Assembly: GCF_001194135.2 (NCBI RefSeq)
Contig: NC_068981.1
Span: forward strand, 151,966,913 to 152,030,821
Source of the DNA: Octopus bimaculoides
Taxonomy: Eukaryota
Length of the DNA: 63,909 bases
Direction of reading: 5' to 3'
Shown one piece after another: positions 13,994 through 25,539 of this stretch; within the stretch, counting starts at the first letter, position 1, and the number at the start of each line of letters is the position of its first letter. Position numbers and translations under genes: made by a program. Below the pieces are notes generated by a model, which worked only from the letters and a program-made list of their open reading frames with translations, ran no database searches and had not been told where the DNA came from.

Positions 13994-14395
13994 AAGGTGG
14001 CAAGCCGGTAGAATCATTAGCACACTCAGTAAAATGCTTAGCAGCATTTCATCCATTCTGAGTTAAAATTCCACCAAGGTTGATTTCACCTTTCATCCTT
14101 TCAAGATGATAAAACTGGGGTCGAAATTGCTGGCCTTGTGCCAAAATTTAAAACCAATAATTCAATTATTTAAATAATTTCAGATGGTAAGCTGGCAGAA
14201 ACATTACTGTGCTGAGCGAAATGCTTGCAGTATTTTGTTTGTTTTTACATTCTGAGTTCAAATGCTGCCAAGATCAACTTTGCTTTTCATCCTTTTGGAG
14301 GTCAATAAAATACGTACCAGTAGAGCACTGAAGTTGATGTAACTGACTTGCCCCCTCTCCTGAAATTCCTGGCCTTGTGCCAAAATTTTAAACCA
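13994..14395 (+). mobile_element. Two tandem family A SINEs (13994-14158, 14183-14395)
   Basis: Both share the head, B-box and ccttgtgccaaaattt(a/t)aaacc end with 576-788. Confidence 0.8.
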
Positions 14396-14479
14396 ATATT
14401 TAAATAATTTAGTCATATGTGCATGCATGAGCACACACACACTCTCTCTCTCTCTCTTACACACACACATACACACTCG

Positions 14480-15764
14480 CAAATTAACGCAGAATAATAA
14501 CTATACCACACACGAAAATTCTATATTACGTAAATAATGCTAAGAAACCATTGTAAAAGACCGCTCATATTATCGTTGAATACTTTATAGTCAAAGGTTA
14601 AATCATTATGGAAGAAGTAAATAATAGTAAAAAAAAGNNNNNNNNNNNNNNNNNNNNNNNNNNNNNNNNNNNNNNNNNNNNNNNNNNNNNNNNNNNNNNN
14701 NNNNNNNNNNNNNNNNNNNNNNNNNNNNNNNNNNNNNNNNNNNNNNNNNNNNNNNNNNNNNNNNNNNNNNNNNNNNNNNNNNNNNNNNNNNNNNNNNNNN
14801 NNNNNNNNNNNNNNNNNNNNNNNNNNNNNNNNNNNNNNNNNNNNNNNNNNNNNNNNNNNNNNNNNNNNNNNNNNNNNNNNNNNNNNNNNNNNNNNNNNNN
14901 NNNNNNNNNNNCCATTGTAAAAGACCGCTCATATTATCGTTGAATACTTTATAGTCAAAGGTTAAATCATTATGGAAGAAGTAAATAATAGTAAAAAAAA
15001 GTGTTAGTGTATAAAGTTAACAAAAGACGCATGTCAATATTGTTTAGAAAATTAACATAAGAAAACATAACTTATTTGCCGGCGATTTGCCGTAGATAAA
15101 CCAAAAAGGGAGTACCATAGATTTAATACTGAATGGTCATGTGATAAATATGGCGTCTATTACAAGAGCTAAATACGTATTATAATTACTAAAATAATAA
15201 CGAAAATATCAAAAAGAAAATTTACCTAAAATAAAAAGGTTATTGAAGATTAATAATACTAAAATACTTAAAACTCTCATATTTACACAGAATAATAACT
15301 ATACCACATAGGAAAATTATATATTACTTAAATGATACTATGAAATATTGTAAAAGATTGCTCATATTATCGTTGAATACTTAAAGAAAAGGTAGTTACA
15401 TGTTCTAAATTTTATAATATTGTGATGATTAAAGTGTATTCTAAAGCTAATTAGATGTATTTTACGCTACTGATCATAACTATAAGTTGGTACCCAATCC
15501 TATGTTTAGATAGATAAATTAGTTATCTAAACTTATTATATAAGTAATTTAATTTATGTCTGCATTTAATATTACGTTCATCATGGGAGTAAATCAACTT
15601 TTTATTGGCTAATAATATCTCTTTAAATTCGTTAGTACATAATAAGCAGAATTTATTCACGTGACCTTTTAGTATAAATTCGGTGTAATAAACCCGGTGT
15701 AATATTATACCGATTTTTGCCTCTAAGGTTGGAATAAATTTTTATTCCCTAATATTATTACTAT
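14480..15764. promoter_or_regulatory. CpG-retaining block with E-box and YY1-like motifs (possible promoter, or a young repeat)
   Basis: Roughly 20 CpGs in about 1 kb of non-N sequence against a CpG-poor background. Motifs: GGTCATGTGA 15135-15144, AAATATGGCG 15146-15155, TCACGTGACC 15657-15666, GCCGGCG 15078-15084. No transcript data. Confidence 0.3.
14638..14911. other. Assembly gap (others: 2641-2705, 6626-6635, 15765-15774, 18134-18347, 44357-44553, 46558-46567)
   Basis: Runs of N. Confidence 0.99.
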
Positions 15765-15774
15765 NNNNNNNNNN

Positions 15775-18070
15775 TAGCGACATGAGAACCAAAGAACTGA
15801 AGTGTTTCGGATTGAAAGACAGTGTGTGAGAGAAAATCGTGATGTCATAGAAGAGAAAGGTGTCTGCATGGATATGGTGCACTTGCATGTAAGTGATTCT
15901 GCAAAGAAAGAGACTTAGAAATGGCATTATGAAAGACTGCTGAACATAGAGAATGAGTGGGAGGAGGAGAGTCTGCCAAATGTGGAGCCAATTGAGGGAC
16001 CGGCTGCCTGAATCGACAGTTCCATGATAGATAAAGCAATTAAGTATATGACGACAGGAAATGTTCCCAGCCCATCGAGAATCTCTGTTGACATGCTTAA
16101 AATATCTGGTGGTGTGGGTTATGGTCTAGTCACCTGTATTGTAAACCAGGGGTTCATGAAGGAGTTATACCCAAAACTGATGTAGCAGCACCATAGTCAA
16201 CTGCTACAAAGGTAAAAGTGATGCATTATAATAGAAATAATTACAGAGGTATCAAATTGTTGGATCAGGTGATGAAAGTTACAGAGAGAGAGTCATAGCC
16301 CAATTAATTAGGGTGACAGTTAGCTTAGATGAGATGTAGTTTGGTTTTGTACCAGGAAGAAGCACCACTGATGCTATACTTCTGGTGAGGCAGCTGCAGG
16401 AGAAATACCTAGCTAAAGATAAACCTCTGTACTTGGCCTTTGTTCACTTGAAGAAAGCCTTTGACAAGGTACTCCGATCTCTTATCTGGTGGTCAATGTG
16501 GAAACTAGGGATAGATGAGTGGTTGGTGAGAGCTGTACAAGTTATGTACAGGGATGCTTCTAGTAAGGTGAGGTTAGCAATGAGTACAATGGAGAATTCC
16601 AGGTAGAAGTAGGAGTTCACCAAGGATCAGTCCTCAACCCCCTCTTATTCATCATAGTCCTCCTGGCAATAACAGAGGAATTCAAGACAGGCTGCCTCTG
16701 GGAGATCCTCTATGCTGATGACCTTGCTCTTATAGCTGAGTCACTACCTTAACTACAGAAGAAGTTCCAGGTATAGAGGCAAGGTCTAGAATCTGAGAGA
16801 CTTAAAGTTAACCTATCAGAAACCAAAGTCTTACTAAGTAGGAAGATAGACAAATCACAAATCCCTTCAGGTAGATGGTGTAGGTAGAAACTTCATAAGA
16901 TGCACCCAGTGTAAGCTTTGGATGCATAAAAGGTGCAGCAATATCAGGGGAAGGTTAACAGGGAAACTAGCTTTTGAATGTGGAAGATGCACAGGCACAA
17001 TAAATGCTGAAAATGGACAGAAAATAGATTCCATCGACTGCCAGTGGGGCAAGCTAGAGGTAGTACATAGCTTCTATCATCCAGGTGACCAAGTTAATAG
17101 TGGAGGTAGATGTTTCGAGAGCATAGCAGTAAAAATAAGATTAAGATGGGCAAAGTTCAGAGAGCTCCTGCTCTTGCTGGCAACAAAGAGTGAAAGAGTG
17201 AAAGGCAGATTGTCTTATGCCTGTATGTGAACAGCTATACTGCATGGCAATGAAACACAGGCTACAACAGCCGAGGACATGCATAGGCTTGAAAGAAATG
17301 AAGTCATTATGCTTCACTGGATGTGCACTGTCAGTGTGCATGTTTGACAGAGTGTTAGCATATTGAGAGTTAGGCATAAGAAGCATGTAGTGTGCAAGAG
17401 AGACCACTGCACTGGTATGGTTATGTGATGCATATGGATGATGACAGTTGCATAAAGAAGAGTCAATATCTAGCTGTGGAGGGAACCTGTGGTAGAGGTA
17501 AACCCAGGAAGACATGGGATGAGCTGGTGAAGCATGGTCTTCAAACTTTGAGCCTCACAGAGGCAATAACTAGTGACCAAAACGTTTGGCAATCGGCTGT
17601 GCTTGAGAGGACCCATCAAGCCAAATGTACTCATGCTGATGGCATGTAAAGAACACCTTTCGAGCGTTAGGCCACACAGAGGCAAACTGACCAAGTTCCT
17701 TTCGAATGTTGGGCCTCACAGAGGCAATGACTGAGACCTTTGGCATTATGTCATACTTCAGAAGACCCATCAAGCCAAGCAAAATTGCAGCCATGGCAGA
17801 TACTGGTGTCATGCAAATTGGCACCCATACCAGTGACACATAAAAGCACCTCGGTGTCATGCAAATAACACCTGTGCCAGTGGCACGTAAAAGCACCCAT
17901 TACACGCTTGGAGTGGTTGGCATTAGGAAGGGCATCCAGCCATAGAAAACCATGCCAAATCAGACAGGAGTTTGGTGCAGCCTTCCAGCATGCCAGCCTG
18001 ATCAAACTGTCCAACCTATGCCAGCAGGAGCAAGGGACGTTGAATGATGATGATGATGATGATGATGATG
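15775..18070 (+). mobile_element. 5'-truncated, decayed RTE-clade LINE (RT, Cys-rich finger, 3' UTR with (GAT)n tail)
   Basis: QLQEKYLAKDKPLYLAFVHLKKAFDKV; GVHQGSVLNPLLF; LYADDL; IRCTQCKLWMHKRC...CGRC; ERPLHWYGYV; ends in gatgatgat. Confidence 0.9.
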
Positions 18071-18347
18071 ATATATATATATATATATATATATATTATT
18101 TATATAGATATATATGTATATAAATATACATGCNNNNNNNNNNNNNNNNNNNNNNNNNNNNNNNNNNNNNNNNNNNNNNNNNNNNNNNNNNNNNNNNNNN
18201 NNNNNNNNNNNNNNNNNNNNNNNNNNNNNNNNNNNNNNNNNNNNNNNNNNNNNNNNNNNNNNNNNNNNNNNNNNNNNNNNNNNNNNNNNNNNNNNNNNNN
18301 NNNNNNNNNNNNNNNNNNNNNNNNNNNNNNNNNNNNNNNNNNNNNNN

Positions 18348-18660
18348 CAGGACTTATTCTTTGGAAGCCTAGTACTTATTCTATCGGTCTCTTTTGCCGA
18401 ACTGCTAAGTTACAGGGACGTAAACACACCAGCATCGGTTATCAAGCGATGTTGTGGGGACAAACACAGACACATATATATATATACATATACATATATA
18501 CGACGGGCTTCTTTCAGTTTCCGTCTACCAAATCAACTCACAAGGCTTTGGTCAGCCTGAGACTATAATAGAAGACACTTGCCCAAGGTGCCACACAGTG
18601 GGACTGAACCCGGAATCATGTTGTTGGTAAACAAGCTACTTACCACACAGCCACTCCTGC
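18348..18660 (-). mobile_element. tRNA-derived SINE, family B
   Basis: Minus strand gcaggagtggctgtgtggtaag...ccgggttcagtcccac (A/B boxes), then ggcaccttgggcaagtgtcttc core. Partial copies near 4200, 6890, 19400, 24920 and 28880. Confidence 0.75.
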
Positions 18661-19118
18661 GGAATGGTAAAAAAAAATGGAAAAAGAAAGGAAAGAGAAT
18701 AAGAATTAGAGTTATGTGTCCTTTGACAATGGAGCCATAAGGCTAAATAGTGTGGAATCAGTGGAAGGACTATAAACTCTACAATACAGCTGCTCAACCC
18801 ATAGAGGGTGATATTCTCCAATTCACCAAAAGTAATTTGTCTATATGTTTGCATTTGCTGCTGAAAATTTCTTATCTGGAATTCAGCAGTGTGGTAGAAT
18901 TCTTAGATGTAAAAAGGACATGCGATTTTTCAGCCCTGCATAACTAACATTTTTTTTATCCATTAACATATACCATTGATTTTTCAGAAATTTTCCACCA
19001 GATTGAGGTATGGAGCTGGTCTTCAAACTATATATATGTGGCTAGGCTAGCCATCTTATTGGCTTTACTTTTGTCCATGTGCCAAAAAGAAGATAAGTGG
19101 TTAGCACAGCAACTATGC

Positions 19119-19149
<31 letters not shown>

Positions 19150-19157
<8 letters not shown>

Positions 19158-19355
19158 AGAATTCACGAAAAAAACAACAGACGAAGACAGATGGGGTAAA
19201 CAACAAATGGATGTATTAGTATAACGCTCAGGAATAAAGAAAGTCTTCAACGTTTCAAGCCTACGCTCTTCGACAGAAAAGAACACAGAAAGAAATAAGG
19301 AGAGAAACAACGAGAGAAAAAAATATGTGTAGTGGTCAGCGATCTATCATGGCGA

Positions 19356-19360
<5 letters not shown>
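19150..19360. repeat. Dispersed CpG-retaining repeat (second copy at 2490-2640); possibly a Penelope-like terminus
   Basis: The two copies share aacaacagacga.gacag.tgg.gtaaa.aac...cgtttc.agc.tacgctctt..acagaaa. The family assignment is a guess from the gaagagc...gaaacgt motif. Confidence 0.45.
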
Positions 19361-19404
<44 letters not shown>

Positions 19405-20097
19405 TGTGACAAGCTTCTTCCAGTTTCCATCTACCATAGCATGAGGTTAGAGCAGAAAACACTTGCTCAATAACTCAACCTCAGGCCACATAGTTGGGAA
19501 GCAAGCTTCTCAACTACACAGCCATCACCAGCACCAATATGTGTGTACATACCTACATACATACATACATACAGACATACATACATTCATACATACATAC
19601 GTATATACATGCATACCTACATACATACATACATACATACTTACATACATACATAGATACATACATACATACATATATATACATGCCTACATACATACAT
19701 GCATACATACATAGCCTAATGGTACAGACCACTTACCTAGAGTTTGTGAGGCATTGGTTCGATACACTGTGGCAGCTTTCTATTTATACATACATGCATA
19801 TGTACATATACATATATACAATGTATAATGTGCATGTGTGAGTTTGTGTGTGTTTGTGTGTGTGTGTGTTTGTGTGTCTTTGAGCATAGCCATTTATCTG
19901 ATATTAAAATGATCTTGTCTTCTCTCCCATATATTAACACTTTAGTTTAGCTAAGTTAACTTTGAGGTCATTTAATTCCAGATTTTGCTTCGCATTTGGA
20001 ATTTCCTTACCAAGTTCTCCACTGATTAACGGATGTTAAATGAGCAGACAAACAATACACACACATATACAGAAAATTATATATATATTGCACACAT

Positions 20098-20134
<37 letters not shown>

Positions 20135-20159
20135 ACATATATATACACACGCATACATA

Positions 20160-21050
20160 TATCATCATCATCATTTAATGTCTGCTTTTCATGCTGGCAT
20201 GGGTCTGATGGTTTGACATGGAGCTGGCTAGTCAGGAGCTATCCAAACTCCAACTGTCTATTGTGGCATGATTTCTATGCCTTCCTAACACCAACCACTT
20301 AACAGAGTGTGTTGAGTACTTTTCACATGTTACCAGCATGGGTGCGTTTTTGTATCACCGGCATTGCTGTGTTAATGCAACACCAGCATGGGTGCTTTTT
20401 AAGTGGCACCAGCACCTGAAAGGAAAAAGCCTGAATGTGTGGAAGACACCAATTTTACTTAGCTTGATACATCTCATCAAGTACAGCAAATCACCACATC
20501 TTCTGGTCCCTTGTCATTTCTTCAGCGAAGTCACCGAAGACCCTTTCTCACCACTTTGTCTCACAACTTCCTGAGTCTACCCCTTCCACAGGTACCCTCC
20601 ACAATTAGTGCTCGGCACTTCTTTATGCAGCTGTCTGCATTCATACACATCACATGACCAAACCAATGCAATCTTCTCTCTTGCACACAACATCTGATGC
20701 CTCTTATACCCACTCTTCTTCTTAAATCGTTTACACTCTGCCATGCATGCACACTGGCATTACCCAGCCAGCAGAGCATACTAGCTTCATTTCTTTCAAG
20801 CCTTCACGGGTCCTCTGTAGTCAAAGCCCATGTTTCACTTCTATGTACACACATGCACAAGCATAATACAATCTGTCTTGCACTCTGATGAAGAGGCCCT
20901 TAGTTACCAACAAAAATAGAAGCTCTCTGAACTTTGCCAAGCCTGTTCTTATCCTAGTAACTACACTTTCAGTACTTCTTCCACCACTGCTAACTTGGTT
21001 TCCTAGGTAACAGAAGCTAGCTACTACTTCTAATGATCTCCACTAGCATT
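20160..21050 (-). mobile_element. RTE LINE 3' fragment with tail
   Basis: ORF VQERRLHWFGHVMCMNADSCIKKCRALIVEGTCGRGR matches the C-terminus of the other RTE copies; (atc)n tail near 20160. Confidence 0.8.
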
Positions 21051-21245
21051 GAAGGAACCTATATGTGTGTGTGTAAATATATATATATATTTATATTTAT
21101 ATATATATATATTTACACACATACATATATATATTGTGTAGCTATATAGCACACTACAACTACCAAAAGGTATTGTAATAAGCAAAATGGAGATTAAAAA
21201 ACGATGTACTTTTTAACAAGTCACCTGACAAGACACATCTGTACT

Positions 21246-22551
21246 TATGATGCACCCCAAAGAAACTGGAATTTTGCAATATCATTTTATTCACTTGGTT
21301 TTACATGTTTACATTTTTATTGCCTTAAAAGTATTCAGTCCAGATGCATTTTCCACTGTTTGAAGTAACCCTAGAAATCTTGCAAAAGTGAGGATTCTTA
21401 ATGCCTCCATCGTTTTTCTTCACATTTTCCACATCTGCAAAACATTTTCCTTTAAGGACTTTTTTCATGTGGGGGAACAGAAAAAAGTCACAAGGTGCAA
21501 GATCAGGCGAATAGGGAGGGGAAGCAAGTGAGGTCATGCCATCTTTGATAAAATCTGTCTCACACTCAAGGTGGTGTGCAAAGGCGCATTGTCATGAAGA
21601 AACAACCACTCTACACTTTGTCACAGGCGGAGGTGTTTTCATCTCACAGCATCTTTCAAACACTTCAGAAATGCCAAGTAAAATGTCAGGTTAGCATTTT
21701 GACCAGGAGGAACAAATTCTGCGTGGGCAATTCCTTTTGCATCAATGAAACAAATCAGCTTCATCTTGACATTAGACTTCACTTGATGCACTCTTTTGCG
21801 GGAGCATGGTGACATTGAATGCTTCCATTCACTTGACTGCCGTTTCATTTCCAGGTCATAGTCATAGCACCAACTTTCATCACCAGTCATGACCTTCAGA
21901 AAAAGAAAGTCTGGATCAACTTCCACCTGTTCTTTCAATTCATGACACGCATTCAGTCATGACTGCTTTTGATCTTCCGTGAGCAAATGAGGCACAAATT
22001 TTGCTGCAACTCTTTTCATTCGCAATTCTCACACAAAATTCGTTGGCAGGAGCTCCAGAATACACCAGTCATATCAACAAGTTTGTCAAGTCTTCAGCAA
22101 CAGCCCTCCAGGATCAGTTCATGAATTTTCGTGATGTTTTGATCCATTCAGGAGATCAACGGTCACCCTGAATGAGGTTCATCCTCAATTGACAAGTGAT
22201 TATTCCTAAAGCATGAATCACACTCATAAACTTGTATTTTGCTCATGGCAGTGTCCTTGTAAGCTGTTTGAAGTATGACAACTGTTTTGGATATCGTTTT
22301 TCCCAGCAGGAAACAGAATTTCATGGAAGCACTTTGTTCCTTCTTTTCAGTCATCGCAAAAATCGATGAACAGGAGAGAAGCACTGCAAAACAAAGACAC
22401 ACCATGTGATAGTATGACTTCACTTGATGCTGCCATTTGGCAGACTAATGCTTGAAGATTGCATGAAGTGGTTTCTAGTGGTGGAAGCCTGAACTACAAT
22501 GGGCTTGTCCCACAGAGAACGTTTCCAGTCACTTTTGGGTACCACTTCATA
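21246..22551 (-). mobile_element. Near full-length decayed mariner transposon
   Basis: Imperfect TIRs (tatga...ccaaa...actggaa at both ends). Transposase fragments MTEKKEQSASMKFCFLLGK, VMTGDESWCY, LHDNAP and PPYSPDLAPCDFFLFP, in different frames. Confidence 0.9.
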
Positions 22552-22559
22552 TATCTCAG

Positions 22560-23830
22560 CCAACATCACAATCAGTATTTTTGTGGCTGTCTTTCTGCTT
22601 TCTTGGCATGCTGGTTGGGTTGACAGTGATCAAATCTTCTACATTACTATGACACATCGATCAACATGTTCCCTTGTTGCCTCCTATATGAGATGCAACA
22701 TAAGATCAGTTTTCACCAATTCATTGTTTTTCTATTTCACATGTACCATTTACTTTGAGTCTTTGGTACTTCTTTATGCAACCAAATTATTTATATGCAT
22801 CATAAATCCATGTCATCACAGCTTTCTCTTTTGCACACTTCAGTTGATTACTTTTTTATTCTCTAGTTTTACTCAGCTCTTTAATGCTCAATAATTCATG
22901 CACACTAACATTATACATCCAGCAAAGCATGCCCGTTTCATTTTATTGTAGTCTCTGCAGATCCTCAGTGTTCAAGGTCCATGTAGCATTGCCCTTAGAA
23001 CACATGTATTATACTGTCTGCCTTTCACACTTAGGTTCCTCTAATTTATTTTTTTGCTGTTTTTACTCTGACAATTATATTCTTTGAACACACACTCCAA
23101 ATACTAATTAGGGTATCTAGGCAGTAGAAGCTATTTCTAATGACTACCTCTTTCCAGTGGGTGTTTTGAGCTTATTGCTCCCATACATAAAGTGTACCTT
23201 CTCTGTTAGCCTGCATGTAATCTCACTGCACTTTTTGTGTTTCCGTTGTTTACACATGGTATACCAAACAGAACTCCTACCTACTCCTTTCCTGCATTCT
23301 AAACATGGCCATTTTCCTGATATTAACAGGGACCTGTGTTCTCAGTTTCATATTAATACTTTAGTTTTAGCTAAGTTCACTTTGGGGTCACTCAATTCCA
23401 GGTTTTGCTTCACATTTTGAATTTTCTCACTAGAACTTCCACATTTCCAGCATATGAACAAGTCCATCAACATAGAGGAACTTCCATATACTGGTGGTCT
23501 GGAACTCATCTGTCATAGCTTGTATGACTACGATAATCAGAAGCCAGTCATCTATACCTAACCTCCTCAGTGCTTACCAGTTCAAAGTGTAGGGAACTTT
23601 GTTGAAGTCCTTCTCTAGGTCAACGAACGCTAGGTATAGTGGTTTACTCCTCACTTAGTACTTCTTTTACTGTTGTCTGAGTAAGAAGATGGCATCAGTA
23701 GTAATTCTTGCAAGCATAAAGCTGGACTGTATTTCACCTAAGTTTCTTCTCATTTTAGTTACCGACTTTTTCTGTAACTTTCATAAATTGGTCTACCAAT
23801 TTGATACTTCTGTAATTACCTCCCTCTAAA
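22560..23830 (-). mobile_element. Highly decayed RTE LINE RT/3' fragment
   Basis: The reverse complement aligns by eye to the RTE RT at 16240-16500 and 27120-27400 (aattacagaagtatcaaattg..., aaaccactatacctagcgttcgttgacctagagaagg). Confidence 0.7.
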
Positions 23831-24039
23831 CTTTGTTGCAGTTGACGCTGATGCTGCTATGCTAGTCATTTGATACAGTATTAGATAATCGCTTTTTCTC
23901 TCTCTCTTTCTTTCTTTCTTTCTCTCTCTCTTTCTTTCTTTCTTTCTCTCTCTCTTTCTTTCTTTCTTTCTCTCTCTCTCTCCTCCTTCTCTGTAACTAC
24001 TATCTCTCCCATTATAACCTCTTCATCCATCACTCCTTT

Positions 24040-24370
24040 CAGAACTGTTTCTCATTAAAAACTGGCACTCCAACAGTAATGACAGGTATTCCAGTTGATC
24101 TGATCAACAGAACAGCCTGCTCATGAAATTAACATGCAAGTGGCTGAGCACTCCACAGATACTCATACCTTTAACAGGGAAATTTAGCATGACACAGAAT
24201 GTGACAAGACTGGCCCTTTAAATTATTGGTACAACTCATTTTTGCCAGCTGAGTGGACTGGAACAACATGAAATAAAGTGTCTTACTCAAGAACAAAGCA
24301 TGCCACTAGGAATCAAATTCATGACTTGACAATCATGAGCTAAATATTCTAACGACTAAGCCACACACCT
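24040..24370 (-). mobile_element. tRNA-derived SINE, family C (related copy at about 63570-63880)
   Basis: Minus-strand head with ggcttagtcgttag...atgaatttgattcc; shared core aaataaagtgtctt(a/g)ctcaagaaca. Confidence 0.6.
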
Positions 24371-24866
24371 TCAGAGTCTCTCATTATTCTCCCTCTTTCC
24401 ACACTATCACTCTAGTCATTGTGTTTACCCAACAATATGCTAGCTTCTTTCTCTTTTCTGTAGTCACCTTCTTTCCTATAACCTCTATTAGTCACATTAA
24501 CCCAATTAAATGGAGGCAGCATGAAGTGGTAAGGACTCCTTTTGCATTTCAGGGTACAGGGCAACCTTATTAGTATTGATTCCAGGATAAAACATATCCA
24601 GTACACTCGATACATTGACTACAAAATGAGCTGGGAAAACATAGTCCTGTTTCCATTAAGAACAAAATGACCTTTCTAAGTTTGGAACTATCCCAATATT
24701 TTGTAAGGTGGATGATGTCAGTAAGAACATTTGATCAAGGAAACACTAATGAATAAATGTACAACAGCCGAGGTCTTTATCTGTGTGTATCTTCAATAAA
24801 AATATAAACACACACACACACACACACACTCTCACACACACATACACACACATGCATACGTACATC

Positions 24867-24899
<33 letters not shown>

Positions 24900-25539
24900 T
24901 ATATATTTAGTCCTACTGCATGGCACCTTGGGCAAATGTCTTCTGCCATGGCCTTGTGAATAGATTTGGTAGAGGGGAAATTGATGGAAGTCCACAGTGT
25001 GTATGTATGTATGTATGTTTGCCTGTATGTATTTGTGTGTGTGCACATTTGTGCATTTTTGTGGTTTGTCTCCCACTTGACAACCGTGTTTTTTGATTAT
25101 GCCCCTATAACCTCATGTTCAATTCAAAATTTCATCACTCTCCCTCTCTCTCTGTTTCATTAACCACTTGCTTTTCTCATGTTGATTGTTAATTAGTAGC
25201 TCACTTTGTCTGTGGTTATGCCACATCAGCTTCTGCTAGTGAATAGGGCAGCCACAGTGCCTTGCCGTTTGCAGTGCACCCTCCCATCCCACCCCCATCA
25301 CCTATACCGAAAGTTTTTACTCTCTGACCTCTACCAGATGTCTTTCTCCTCAGCACCTCTAACAGCTTACTATACAGAACGCTTTCTCCCCTACCTCCTC
25401 CCTCCATCCCTACCTAGTGTCTCTCTCCTGTTGAATGTTGTGATTATGTAGTGAATAAAATGATGGTGTAGTGTATGCAGGTTGAAGCTTATTTGTATGT
25501 TTACGAGATCTGCCAAATGTGAGCTTTCTTTTCAGAGGC

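Noticed and set aside
14548-15001. About 90-bp exact duplication either side of the 274-N gap
   Set aside because: Most likely a scaffold-overlap artefact. The N-filled ORFs spanning it are meaningless.
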